The notes beneath the pieces are model-generated. The model was not told the origin of the DNA. It saw nothing but the letters and a program-made list of their open reading frames with translations, and made no database searches. The translations under genes and the position numbers were made by a program. From NCBI RefSeq assembly GCF_009914755.1, contig NC_060938.1: a stretch of DNA of 64,000 nucleotides, one strand, 5' to 3'. Within the stretch, counting starts at the first letter, position 1; each line of letters starts with the position of its first letter. Origin of the DNA: the human T2T-CHM13v2.0 reference genome, Homo sapiens. Below are positions 31,188 through 45,629 of this stretch, piece by piece.

Positions 31188-31849
31188 ATCTCTGTCACAC
31201 AATGTCATAAAAATAACTAATATTCTTGTCATTATCACCCCATGATATCTATTAATGTTATAAATCTCTAAATTTCCTTATTCAAATAATATTGTTTCTA
31301 GAATGACATTCCTGATGATATTTTGACTAATTATTGCCCTGGAACTGGTTATAAACTTTTTAAAATTATAATTATTAATTATAACTATAAATTAAAAGTT
31401 ATAATTTAAACAGCCACCTGCCTGATTAAAAGATAGTCACAGAAAGCATTTGTAAATTCGAGCTCATAAGAGGTAATGCATAATGATTGCTTGTTGTTAG
31501 AATAATAGCAATCACAAGTTGTGCTTTATGGAGACAAGCTGTCCTCATCTTACTCATTGAAGTTCAGAAACCAATGAAGAAATAATACATAGTCGTCACC
31601 ATTAATCTTAACACATACAGGTCATCTAGCCAGAATACTTTTTTTTCCCCTACAGGAAGGCCAATTCAAAAGAGAGAGAATCTAGAAAGGGCAGAGGCAA
31701 AGCAGCTCAGTTTCTTCACTCACTCTTACCAAGAGCAAAGGACAAGGAAGGAATTGGGGAGTGTTTCTCCTCCTGAATTTTCTTAACAAGGAAACCTGGA
31801 GAAGAGAGGATCTTTGTGTGCAAACCTCATACTTCCTGTCTCATAGCAG

Positions 31850-32050
31850 ATGTAGAGCATGTATGATGATATGCTGAGCAGTTTATATCGGGGCCTCATT
31901 TCATCTTCCAAATGTGTCCTGAGTCAGATATAATCTTCAGAGTGGAAGAGTGATAGGACCTTGAAGAAGCTAGTTAACTTTCTCAAGGTTACAGCGATAG
32001 GAAGTGGGAGATCACAATTTTGAATTCAGGGCTCTCTGATTCCAAAGTCT
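31850..32050 (-). mobile_element. MIR SINE
   Basis: gttaactttctcaaggttacagc...ttgaattcagggctctctgattccaaagtc. Confidence 0.65.
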
Positions 32051-32381
32051 ATATTTTTTGTTTCTGTAATTTACTGCAAATATGTTATTATACATAATAA
32101 CAGCAGCTGGATGCCAGTAGATATAAAAACATCCTTCTCTTTTTTTTGAATGGTTTTATAACTCCATATTTGCAGAAATGTTTTATGCTGTTAATAAGCT
32201 TTATAAATAGAATTTCCAGCAGGACCAGGAGTCCCTATCCCAACTTCGCTTTCCTTACTGTATTTTCACTTTTTCACATGCAAAAGATCTGGAGAAGGTC
32301 TAGGAAGCAGATGTTAGAGAAAATATGTTCTATTTCTCCCACTGCTCAGTACTGCTCCAAATGCTTATTCTATATGCATTG

Positions 32382-32802
32382 TGATATAGTTTGGCCAATT
32401 GCCTCTTTGGAATCTCATGTTGAAATTTGATCCCCAACGTTGGAGATGGGGCCTGATGGGAGGTGTTTGGGTCATGGAGACAGATCCCTCATGAAAGGTA
32501 TGGTGCCGTCCTCTCAGTGATGAGTGTGTTCTTGCTCTGCTAGTTCCTGGGAGTACTGATTGTTTAAAGAGAGCCTAGCATCTCCCTCTCCTCTCTTTCT
32601 TCCTTCCTCTCTTGCCATGTGGTCTGCATACTCCAGCTCCCCATCATCTTCTGCCATAAGTGGAAACAGCCCGAGTCCCTCACCAGAAGTATAAGCAGGT
32701 GCCATGCTTCTTGTACAGCCTGCAAGACTATGAGCCAGATAAATCTCTTAAAATAATACCCTGCCTTAGGAATTCCTTTATAGCAACAGACAGACTAAGA
32801 CA
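32382..32802 (+). mobile_element. MSTB-like MaLR solo LTR
   Basis: tgatatagtttgg...aatctcatgttgaaatttgatcccc...actaagaca. Confidence 0.85.
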
Positions 32803-34394
32803 TATATAAAAGTCTCTCTCTCTGTCTCTCTTGATCTATCCATCTATAGCTTTTAAACATATATTTGGCCAGAGCTTAACTTTTGTAACAAGTAACATTT
32901 CTCAACATGTGTGCCATTGCTTGTATCCATTTTAGCTGGTAATTTGAGCAATGTAGAGTTCCTTAGATAGCAACAATCTAAAGAGTCTGTCATTAGGTGA
33001 TCTTGCCATTGGTTTTTCAACTAAAGTTGCACATTTGTATAAGTCTCATATGGTCACTGATCTTGTGTCCTCATGGTAAAAGTTAAGTGGAATGCATCAT
33101 GCAACTTGATCTTCTGTATCTGAAAATAATGTGTATTTTACCTCTCCCTGCACACCTTCAGATGTTTTCTCTGTCTTAAATACATTTCCCCTTTTGTGGG
33201 TCCAGAAAAGCATAAATATTAAGTTTAATTCCCTTTCCCACTTCACATTGTATTCCTCCTATTAGCTGCAACTATATGTAATACAGTATTCTATTTTTGG
33301 ACTTCCTTCTATTTTTCTTGTTAACTATCTACTAAATTTAAGGGTTACATCTGAATTATTTCTCTATATCCTGCACATTTATTCTAGAATATTTCTTGAT
33401 ATAAAGTAGATATAATACATATTAACAAAATGAATACCACTGCAAACTTATCTGGATCCATCATTCATTTAAGTATTTTAAATACATGATTTTACCAAAA
33501 ACACAAAATGTTACACAATAACAGTCACAATAAATTCACACAAATTTGAAATAATGATATAGTTCTTAAATTACAGTTGTTCATACTTTTTTTCTGTCAC
33601 AGGCACACAAAATTTAGGTACTGCAATAAAAGGTTCTGATTTTTTAAATAATTGTACTCTATGTTCTATCATCAGCTAAATAATATTTGATCAAATTTCT
33701 TTCTTTTCCTTGAGCAGGTGCACACTCTGCATCTGCACTGTTTTATTACCATCTTTTTGAGGAAGTGCTCCTTCAACATTAAGTCTTTTTAGTCTATGGA
33801 AAATGAGCTATTAAATTACATAGGTGTCTTTCCATCTCTCCAAGTTAGAGTTAACCATTTTCAACAAGCTGCCTCATCTTCCATGATACCCTCAATATTT
33901 TATTTTGGCAACATATAATTATTTACTATGTTTCTCTGTGGATCATTATCATTTTATTTCCTACTCAGTTATAATGCTGACATTGCCTAAATAGCATAAT
34001 CTTTATCCTTTTGTTGTTTAGCCTTAACAAATAATATGTTAATCAATTTTAGTGGGCTTTATTCAAATATAGCCTACTGACAATCTTCCTCACCATAATT
34101 ATATAGTGATATCATATGATATTCTGATAGAACAAAAAATACAACATAACATGACTAACCTATGTATTTTCACTGACTTCTAGAAGAACCTTGCCAAAAT
34201 GATTTCTTTGCTTTATCTTCGTTTGTCAATACTCTTCCTGTTTTAGGGTGATGATTCACAAATTTCCGGTACTTAATTATTCTGCATTCTACATCATTGC
34301 ACCCTGAAAGTTTCCCTTTGAAGAAGACTGAAGTCAAGTTCAGCAATATGTATTTGTATTATTCATCTCTGGTGATACTGCTCTTGTAAGAACA

Positions 34395-34449
34395 TTACAA
34401 GAAGCTTAAAGTGAAGCTTACAAGAAGCTTAAAAAGTGAAGCTTAAAGC
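34395..34449. repeat. Short tandem duplication (23-25 bp unit, four AAGCTT)
   Basis: ttacaagaagcttaaagtgaagc followed by ttacaagaagcttaaaaagtgaagc. Confidence 0.85.
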
Positions 34450-34849
34450 AAATTATGGATTATAATTCATAATTTAGATGAAGTTGTTGTAATTTGATAA
34501 TTGATTTTACCCCAAAACAAGATGTTTGCTGTTCCCCCACCAAACACTGTGGTAGTCCTAGCCAAAATCATTCCTTGTTAAAAAGTTACAGCAAATTGAA
34601 TTCTGTACCATTCTGCCTGTATAACCACAAAGCAATTCTGTATAGTCACAAAATCAAGAGGACTGAAATATTTCTCTGGGTTATGGAAGTGAAATTGTAT
34701 TTTAAAGGACTCTCCAAAAGATAGTATAGCATTCACTAGGTAGCAAGTGGGACATTTTATTTGCCATCTGCTAAATATATTTGCACACGTGTGCCTGTGT
34801 GTGTAGTACATATAAATTTAATGTATGTAAATCACATAGCACTACTTCA

Positions 34850-35060
34850 CTAGTGTATAGTAGTTACGAGTGAGTACTCTCAGATAAGACTCCCTATATT
34901 TCTCTGTTCCACTGCTTATTAAATTTATAACCTTGAGCAAATTATTTTATATCTGTCCTATTTTCTTCATATTTAAAATGCAGAAAATAATATGCAGAAA
35001 ATAATTCTTCATATCATTTTTATAACATTTCACAAGGTAATACAGTTAAAGCAAACCTTT
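34850..35060 (+). mobile_element. MIR SINE
   Basis: ataaccttgagcaaattatt...ttttcttcatatttaaaatg. Confidence 0.65.
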
Positions 35061-36109
35061 AAACACTGCTAGCTCTTACTAAGGCAGAGGGGATATAAAG
35101 ATTAAAGCATACAATTTCTAGCCTCCATGACTTAAAAATCTAGATCTGCTTGTTTAAACTGAAAATAAAAATTTAGAGGTATATCCTTAAAAATGAATAA
35201 TATAATTGATACAAAATGGCAATATTAAACCCCTTTTCATGCCCTATCTGCTAATAGTCTTTCTTCCAAATACTTGTCTTTTAAACCAAGCACTTCGGCA
35301 AAGCCATGTGAAATCCTGAAGTATTCACAATATAAAAGCTTGAAGGGTGGTTTCATCAGTCTATTAGCACCACTGGCTAATATGTTCACAGGTAAGTTTT
35401 ATGTTTTTTCTGTGTTAAGTAACACGTAATATGTTGGGTTTTAATGTCTTATATTATGGTCTGTATAAACATATTTATTCCATGAAGAAATGGGCCGATA
35501 TCACTATATAACAAATTCCAGGCTGGCTATCCTCAAAGGCAGAACCTGATGAGAAACGGGAGAGCTATAAGAATAAGTACTTTGTTGTGTTAACTAGCTT
35601 GCTGAGTCAGATGAGGAAAGGTGGGAAGAAAAATGAGAACATGACTTTATGCCCAAGCCTGGCTCCCACAAGTAGGGAAACTTTGTCAATGTCAAAAAAC
35701 AGAAAGAAATTAGGGTGTTTCTGAAGGAAAAAGATTGGTATTTTTCAGGATATTTTTCTGACAGTTTATGACAAGTTCAGCATGCTTTCTTGTAAAAATT
35801 ATAACATGTCCTGCTCATTATTAAACTAGCTCTTTTCTTGTAGGTTTAGGAAACCTATATACAGATATCACCATTTTAAAGCTAAGGAAACACAAGGGAC
35901 AGTCTGTTAACTTTCTGGCATTTTCAAATTCCCATGAATTTCATACTTTTGAGCATGATTTTTCTTTTCAGAAGAATATGACACAGAACAGTTGCACATT
36001 GTTTCACATTGGCCTCTGGCCTTTTCTTTTCCTTTGTGGAACTCCAAATCCCTGTGTTGAGGATGCTTATCATGCAATGGGAACTTTGGTTAACAGGAAG
36101 TACTTTACT

Positions 36110-36313
36110 GGCAGGGTACCTTAGCTCACACCTGTAATCCCATCCCGGGCATGGTGGCATGTGCCTGTAGTCCCAGCTACTAGGACAGCTGAGGGGGAGT
36201 ATCAGTTGAGCCCAGGAGGTTGAGGCTGCAGTGAGCCGTGATGGTGTCACTGCACTCCAGCCTGGGCAATAGAACGAGACCCTTTCTCCAAAAAAACACA
36301 AAAAAACAAAAAA
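36110..36313 (+). mobile_element. AluJ-like with most of the left arm deleted
   Basis: Left-arm start fused to right arm (gagcccaggaggttgaggctgcag); partial TSD aagtact. Confidence 0.85.
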
Positions 36314-39139
36314 AGTACTCTGCCCTCTGCCTACCGGCTTGTTACCTATAATCATCTGAGATTTGGGTATGTGTTTCTAATGATCTTGTTCTGTAATAAT
36401 TAATATGATTTTTCTACTGACTATTGTGAAATGAACAAGCACATCTGCTTTAGTACATCTTTTTTGTTATGTCAGAGTGAAACTCTTAGGATCTTTGCTT
36501 TACAGCATTAAAAGAGATGATTCTTCTCAGTCTCATCACTTTCTTAGTGACAAAAGTAAATTCCTTTGAGTTTAAAAAATTACAGAGTCTTATCAGTTGG
36601 TGATATGAAAGAAAAACCAAAGAAGTCCTGATTTGTTGCAAAGTAATGATCTGATAATATTATTCGTTTCTTAGAATCTGCAATGCATTATTGGAAAGTT
36701 AGGAATTTATGACCATTGCCAGATGAGAAATAAGAAGCCAGAGACAAGACATATAATTCCTAGGACATGGGAGAAGAGTTATTAATTAGCTGCGATGTAA
36801 CATCAGGGTGTAATTGCGAGGTAGACCAATAATACAGGGTCCAAAAGGTATTCATATTTAAAACATAGTTCAGGACCTTGCCAATAAATGGCATTTTCCC
36901 AGCAATCATAGACTCTATGGTCTCAAGGTAAGAAATGGACAGAAATTCATGTCTTGAAGGTCCTTAGGAGTTTTGACTAATTCACATTTACATTAAAAGA
37001 ACAGTTGGTGTGACATATAAAATATTTTACAAAAGATCACAACATTTATGCCCTATAGAAAGGAAGCAAAAAGAGAAGGGGAAAAAAGAATGTAGGTTTT
37101 TATTGTAAAGTTAAACAACAATCAAAACTATATTATTCAGACAAAATGGTAGACTTCTCTTTCTTGTTGTAAATGGCAAAGATAACTGTGTTATTTTTGT
37201 ATCCCTCTTTTTAAGTCAAGCTAACACATAATATTTTGTTTGAGGCAGAAAGAATGCTTTCATTAGCATTCTAAGTGCAATTATTAGTCATTCCAAACAT
37301 GGAGAAACCATTAAGTGTGTGGTATTACAAACAGCAGAAGATAGATATGGAAAATATTATGATGATTATTCTCTAGTTTGTGGATTTCCAAGTTATTAGT
37401 AGAGACTTAATTCTAAGAGAATGTTAGAGTAATAAGTATATTAACAGAATAACAATGTGGGATGATTTAATGGAGACATTTCAGGAGGTATATGGGTACC
37501 AAATGGTTGTCACTGAGCCACACAATCCGATTGTCAATGAGTTTTATTCATTTTAAATTTGTGTAGATGCTAAGCAGAAGCTTATTATCTGTGTAGGCCT
37601 CAAGAATTACAATTGTAGAGAATTCTGAACTTTGTGTGGGTTTCCTATTAGATTTGCTTGAGGGGAAATGATAAAGTCCCATAAATTTTATATATGTCAG
37701 CATAATAAAAAGTCATTCATTTTCAGATGAATTATAAAAATATGAAAAATGCCAAATTACAATAAGCACCCCTAGCTTTTCTCAGCGTGCATGCCCACTC
37801 ATTCAAGGGCATCTTTCTATCTATCATATATGTGACCTTATTTGCAAAGAGGAGGAGGCTTTGTTGGTTGACCTCGATCTCCACCCGGTACAATATTACA
37901 TTGGGGGAATACTTATTCTCCCCTAAATGGAAACTTTTAGTGTAAACTAGCTCTCAGACATGGTAGAAGATTAACTCTCTTTTTGTTTGCTTTCGGGTAC
38001 AGGTGTTACAATGATTCCCTTATTGTTTATGTCAATTTGTACATCTTTTTGCAAAATCAAAACACAAAAAGTATGACACAAGACCTCAAAGTTACAATTC
38101 CATCTTTTCAGTAACTTGTTATGCAAATTTAGTAAATCATTTGTTCATGAAATCTTTCTCATCTTAGAAGAAATAACTGTCACTTTCCTACATTCTTACT
38201 GACATTGTAAAGAATTAATTACTAACGACTACAAAGCACTTCCCAAACATAAAGCAACAGATATTCTTTAAAATAAAAAGCATTTTTTTGTAATGCAATT
38301 TATGCTGCCTATTTGTATTTGGTGAAAATGTTCATTTATTTATTATATATTTTAAAGAAAGTGAAATATTTTACCGGGGAAAAATAAACATCACCAACAA
38401 AGAAATAGTTAAAAGCTCCCAGGTAGAGTTCTCGCTTTTATCCATTTGTGTACAGACTGAATGCAAAAGTCCACACTTTCAGTTAGTGATTTTCATAACA
38501 CTGACACATAAATGAAAGTAGTTAGAGCTCACATCTTGTGCGTATTTGACAAGCTCTAACAGAACTGTTTGCAAAATTTTATTGAAATCTCTGCTTTCAT
38601 TTATCTTTGTTAGCACAAGCCTCAGAAATCAGTGGTATGGAATTCTTGTATAATTTAACTCTAAGATAATTAAATGTGCAGGTGTTCAGAGAATAGCCTA
38701 TTTTTCTATGTAAATAAAATATTGTAGAAGAAAATATATTACTTTATTACCTTATGGAAGAATATTCAGTTGGTTTGATTTGTTTCTAAGAGAATAAACA
38801 AAACAATATATTGCAAAGAAGGGGATGATAAACCAAGAAACAAAAATGCAATTAGTTACTAGTTATCTCTTGAAGTTGATTAAGTAAACAAGCTAAAATT
38901 GCTTAAACAGCTACAATAAGGACTTTTAGAATTACAGCATTTGTTAAGGTTGCTATATTAAACAAAGAAATGTGCACTTAAACTATATTTTAAAAATTTT
39001 CATTTGTGGGCATACCCCTCCTTGCTATGCACCACAATAAACCCACAATACACACATTCACAATTCAGAAAGTAAGAGTAATTTAGGAAAGTTAGTCCGT
39101 ATAAAAACTTCCAGTTTTTCACTTTCCTCTCCACTCTTT

Positions 39140-39610
39140 AGGCTGGGCTTCATGTAAACTTTCCTAGACAAATGGGTTTCCAGTGCATTTTGAAAGGTCT
39201 ATAGAGGAATAAATTAAGTACTTTCCATTTTAATGCCTTACAGTCCTGATGGAAGTTCTTTCTTTTAGCTAGCCTAAATGCTTTATACAACATTTCAAGC
39301 TCACTTATTCTTGTTCTGCCCTCTGTGGCATCAGAGTACCGATCAGCACCTTCTAAGTAATAATCCTTCATGTAATTGAAAACCAACTTGTTTCCCCAGC
39401 CTATTTTCCAACTTAAATAATATTAGTTCCCTTAACCTTTCCTCTGAGATTCTATTTTCCAAGCTATTAATCATGTTTATTGCTTGTCCTTAAACCTTCT
39501 TCAAGTTTTCCAAGGTCTTTTTAACTTAGTGAGTCCAGGTCTGTGCACAGCACTGTGATTATGCTTGGAGAATTACTTCTCACAGTGTATGCATTGTTCT
39601 GTTTATGTGT
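39140..39610 (-). mobile_element. L3/CR1 LINE relic (ORF2 C-terminus)
   Basis: Minus-strand translation VFNYMKDYYLEGADRYSDATEGRTR...FRLAKRKNF resembles the CR1 ORF2 C-terminal motif (VFKYLKG...EGRTRSNG...FRLDIRKNF). Confidence 0.75.
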
Positions 39611-41140
39611 TCAGGAAGTTGGAATTGTTAATTCACCTTTAAAATGTGACTCTTAGACTACTGTAGTTGTTACTGTTGTCTTACTCCTACCAAATCCATC
39701 CTCTCCCATATTATAATCACGTGGTTCACTTCACTTCTAAGTACACTGCTTCTGCATTTTAAAAATCCTGAACATTTCCAACTTGTGAAAAAATACTATG
39801 CATTTTATGTTTTTTTTGTTCAAAATGAAGTCATTCTAATCACCCCATTTAACTTAGTATCTGTTTGTTTGCTTTTTCTCAAATTATAAGTGTGTTTGAG
39901 AGTTTAAAGTACATATACAATGTTTATATCAAGTGGCAGTGGTACCAAATTAAAACTAGATCATAACATCTGTTAGAGGCTTTCTATTTCATGTGTTATT
40001 CAGATTTTATGTGTGATTCATTTTAAAATGAAATAAAATATAAAACATGTACATTCATTTCTTGTACATCTTTAATCACCAAAATGTTTTTTACTCACAA
40101 TTTCATCATTGCCACCTTCCATAAAATTGCATTCTACAAATTTTAGTTGTATTTTAGATTTTCCTCACTCCCGCAATGTAACATATTTAGCTTCCATTAA
40201 TAGAGCACTCTAACACCCTGATTCCAATCTTTCTTACATTCTTCTTTCCACTTTTTTAACATAAGAACAATAGGAAACATAATTTAATTTCATTTTCATT
40301 TCCTTCATCTGATTCTGCAGACATTTTTACTATGGCTCACTTTTTACTTTTCATTCAATTCCGTATGCCACAATAAAATTCACATGCATTAAACCAATAT
40401 AAGGAAAACAAATTTTTTTCTATCAATACATTTTAAAATATAAATAGGCTATCTGTGCATTTTTACATACACATCTACATAATGCAATACATCATTTAAA
40501 AATGAGTCACACATTGTTCATTTTTTCTATAATGCCTAATTCTGAAACTGCTTAAAAGCCCATTTGCTTTGTGAAAAAGAAAAGTTATCATCTTTTAACA
40601 ATTTAGAGGTATTAAAATGATTAGGTATTGTCCCTTTCTTGCCATTGACAAAAATCTACTGTGATTCTGATTCCTTAAGTTAACATCCTATACTATTTTC
40701 CTGAAAAAGAAATAGGTTAATTGAAGACTTGTTACAATGTATATCCCTCCCTTTACTGTCCTTATTCTAAACAGTGCAAACATTTTGGAATTTATATGGA
40801 CTAGAGTTTCCTCTGAATTTCTCTCCAGTTATGCTGAATCCTCCAATTTTTGCTTTGGCTTTCATTTATAAATTGATCTCATCTTTGTTTGCCTGTTGTT
40901 TGGAGCATTTTCTCTTAACATGGTTTCAAACCTATAAGGAATATGAAATGCTTCAAACCAAAATATAAATGCATGAAATCACAAGCTAGGAGCCACAATT
41001 CACAAGTTCATTTCATCTTTACAATAATTGCTGATATCATTAAGAAATTAACCATGATGTTTAAATAGATTATCTTATGGCATATTTACATCACCATGAT
41101 TATCATTATCATCATCCTTGTTTTACCCAGGCATTAAGTA

Positions 41141-41508
41141 CAGGCGATCCCCAACCTATGATGGTTTGACTTAATAATTTTTTGACTTAACAATCATGAG
41201 AAAGCAATACACAATTCAGTAGAAACCATATTTTGAGTACTCATACAATCATTGCATTTTTTACTTTCAGTACAGTATTCAATATATCACATTAGATATT
41301 TAATAGTTTATTATAAAATAGGCTTTGTGTCAAATGATTATTGCCCAACTGCAGGGCAATGTAAATATTCTCTGAGCACCTTCAAGGTAGGCTAGGCTAA
41401 GCTATGTTTGTTAGGTTAGGTGTATCAAATATGTTTTCTATTTAAGATATTTTCCAGTTATAATGTGTTTAGCAGGAGGTAACCCCATTGTTAGTTGAGG
41501 AGCATCTG
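41141..41508 (-). mobile_element. MER47A (Tigger-family non-autonomous element)
   Basis: TIR ends caggcgatcccc / gaggagcatctg, TA TSDs, internal ggtaggctaggctaagctatg. Inserted in a MIR. Confidence 0.85.
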
Positions 41509-43269
41509 TAATTCCATCTCTTGACTATTTACAAAGGTGACAAAGTGAAGCTGGGATTTCATCCCAGGTACTGAAACACCAGAGCCCATGTATTTCCAGT
41601 TAAACCACCCAGCAAGTCAGATTTGGTGTTTAAAATGCAATTGATATCAGAATGCATGACTAACTGTTCCAACGCGAGTCATTCAATACATTGCTTATTT
41701 ATTCTCTTTGGGGAGAAAACGAGAATAAGACTTAATTAATGTTTTTCTGGTACAATTATTTGTTAGTTTTCTAAATGATTTAGCATACTAATAATTTACA
41801 GAACATGGCCACATTTGGTGTTGATATTCCTTTTGAATTTGTCCCACAATAATGATGCATTAGAAAGGTGTGACCTCCATTTAAATATTGACTAATTAAT
41901 GTATTTGATTTTAAACTACATATCATTTGATAAAATAATATTATTTCTTATCTCCAACCATGAGTGTGAAAAAATTATAAAATATCCAGCTTTCAAAATA
42001 ATGAAATACACATGTACATTATCTATAATTTTAAGGATTTATCAAAAACTTTAAAATACAATATATTCCATTGAATATTTTAATAAACCATTTTACAGTT
42101 TAGAACCCCTGAGAATATTCTAATATGGTAGTCCTAAAACTTTCAATCTCACTTTTACCAAAAATTGAATTTCTCTACTTCCCTATCCACATCTAAAACC
42201 AGGCTAAACCACTCATGACACACATATTTAAATTCCCATTCTTCATGTCCCAATGAATTATTTTTTGGGAAGAAATTCACGACCTTTTAGTCAATGTTTT
42301 AATTTAGAGTATTAGTGTAAGGACTGCTTCGGGATTTGATGTGCACTGGCAAACCTATAGCGAGGCAAACAGAGGTAAATAATGTAATCACAGCAGCAGC
42401 TGGGTTTCAGGCATGCCAACAGTAAACCTAGAGCTTCCTAGGCAGCTGGGGCAGGTGTTAGTGATCTAAACGAGGTTGGTGAAAGACTTTTATTACTTTA
42501 CAATAATTCTGGCAACTAGAGCTATGTTCCTGCCATTCCAGTCCTGGTTCCCACTTCGTTTTCTTCAGTTTTCCAGCAGGTTTTTAAAAGTTTTATATCA
42601 CCCCCAACAGTTTGACTATCACCTCTCTCTCCAGGCCAGATGAAGGAGTAAATGCACAAAATTGTAGTACTTCATTTTGAAGTGTATGTTGGAAGCATAA
42701 CCATAATTTAAACATCCTGCCAGTGGTTTTTTTTAATTAACAAAGTGACCCCAGCTATAACTGCAAACTCTACTCTGTTTTGTAATAAAAGGGATGCATT
42801 ATCGTTTTCACAAACGCTAAATCAAAAAATTGATGGAGTGCCTACAATATAGAAGACATTTTTATAATAACTGTTTAGAAGTAGTCTCCCTGTCTTTAAG
42901 GAGCTAAAGACAGTTGGGGAAGCAGGCTATAAACTATACAATAACACTAACAATAGATGTTATCATTTGACCAGTGCCAAATTAACGATATAGGTATCAA
43001 GTGCTATTGGGTTTTCAAGGTGACAGAAAGTACACGGAAAAATCACATAAACAGACTGTGTGAATGTGGTAAGGCATGAAGATAATTAGAATTTATATAT
43101 AGTCAAAATAGGTATAAACATGATTCTATACTATAAACATAACGTGGATTCTTATACTATGTTCACCTTATAGTTCACCTGTAGCAGATGGCCTGTATAT
43201 GAGAAAAGTAGGATATATTATGGGGGAAAGTAATTCAGCAGTTTTGATGACAGATAACAGTAAGTACAA

Positions 43270-43530
43270 TCATTATAGTAATGCTATTAAAATAGCTAAA
43301 ATGTAGGTGCTTGCTATGAGCTAAATACCACGTGCTTTCTCCATGCAAAACAGCATCTAGTTTAATTCTCAGAACAAAAGCATACAGCAGGTAGCATGAT
43401 TATCTAAATCTTATGAGAAAATTCAGGCATTAAAAGAAAGAATAAATAGAAAGAATAAGTCCTTGCATATTTGTCCTTAGCAGTGAAGCTAGGGCTAGAA
43501 TGCAAATCTCTTTGTTGTTATAGTCTCTGT
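43270..43530 (-). mobile_element. MIR SINE
   Basis: aatagctaaaatgtaggtgcttgctatg...tttaattctcagaac. Confidence 0.55.
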
Positions 43531-43949
43531 ATTTTGACTTCATTATCAGAGAAACAAGTTAAGACAGGAAAGGCAAGAGGATGGCTAGGAAATACCATAG
43601 GAAAGAAATATCAGGTATAGCTTAGTGTAGGAAGAGGTAAAAAGTCATTTGAAATACCTTACATTGTTTCATCTCTCTCCTGCTCTTCTGACACTCTCTC
43701 CTTATAGCTCATTCTGGTCTCCTTGTTCTTCCCCAAATATGGTAGTCACCTTAGGGCCACTGTGACAGTAGTTTTTTCTGCCTAGGAAATTCTTCCTTTG
43801 GATGTATATATGAACAATAGTTCATATATATATATATACAAGATCTTCTCTCCATCTATTAGAAGATTTAAGTCAATTGTCACTTCTCACTGGGGTCTCC
43901 CTTGACAGCTCCATTATTGTAACCTTTTTTTTTCCCCAGGCACTGCTGA

Positions 43950-44369
<420 letters not shown>

Positions 44370-45278
44370 TATATAATTTGTTTACTTATTATGTGTATTG
44401 ATTATTGTCCTTCTCCTTCCTAAAAAATAAACTGAATGGAAATAATATTTTCTATTTTATTCACTTATGTAACCAAGAGCCTAAAAGACTCAAGTATAGA
44501 GTAGCTGTTCAATAAATGTTTTGAATTAATAACTATATTACTGAAAATTTATTACACAAATGACAGATGCTCATTCCATAAAAATGAAAAAATGTACAAA
44601 GTATAATACAAACATTTAAAACAAGCATAATACCACCAGTGACAAGCTTTAATATTTGATTATAATTTTATGCCTTAATATAATTTGATTATTAAAAGTG
44701 ATTCTGAATCTATTCAATTTCAAAAATATTACACAATAAAAATAACAACTTCTTATCAAGATTGTTTTTGAGACTATTTCATTAGGAAGGTATATTTATT
44801 AGTGTGCATCTTAGCTATTCAATGGTCAATATGACTTTTACACAATTTACAAGGTATTTTATAATATTTATAAGTCTTTAATTTTGAATACAGAATACAA
44901 TTAAAGGTATGATGATCAGTAAGGTTTTTACATTGAAGATGAAAGCACTGTTTATAAAATTTACCCTCAGTTTTATAAACCCAAGTGTGAGTTTGAAGTT
45001 AAAGCTTTCAGTGGATGAGGCAAGAAAGATGAATGTGGAAATGATTCTACTGCTAAAACACTCTAAATGTCCAGATTAGTAAGCTACTGAAATGATAGCC
45101 TTTCAATGTTTCCATAGCAATATTCATTTACCTTTAATAATGCATTCATCACCTTGAGTGAAATTTATTATTTATACATCTCTCTGGCTTGTTATTATTT
45201 ATCTTTAAATCATTAAATCATTTTCCATACTGAAGGGAGTGATATATCGTAAACTCAAAGTTGATTATGTGATATATA

Positions 45279-45381
45279 TTAAGTTGGTGCAAACGTAATT
45301 GCAGTTTTTGCCATTAAGAGTAATGGCAAAACCGGATTACTCTTAATGGCAACAACTGCAATTACGTTTGCACCAACCTAA
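45279..45381. mobile_element. MADE1 (Hsmar1 MITE), extended to 103 bp by fold-back
   Basis: ttaagttggtgcaaa...tttgcaccaacctaa termini with TA flanks; 46-bp arms with 2 mismatches. Confidence 0.92.
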
Positions 45382-45487
45382 TATATACATAGACACATAC
45401 ATACATAATCATTTACAATTTAAACTAAAAGCTGAACTAATAGTAATAAAACACAAAACAATGTAGTTTTATGGAGAAAAACTCATG

Positions 45488-45579
45488 TATTACACATGTT
45501 AATGTTTGTTAATTTAAGATGTTTAATATTATACATGTTAATGTTTGTTAATTGTTAATACGATTTGTTAATTTAAGAA
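45488..45579. repeat. Imperfect tandem duplication (catgttaatgtttgttaatt)
   Basis: Two full copies plus a partial copy, seen directly. Confidence 0.75.
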
Positions 45580-45629
45580 AAGCTAAAATAGGCTTGTGGA
45601 ATGAAACATCGAGAAAATGTTTTAGATTT

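Noticed and set aside
35924-36355. 143-aa minus-strand ORF
   Set aside because: Largely antisense Alu translation (PGWSAV, SSWDYRH motifs).
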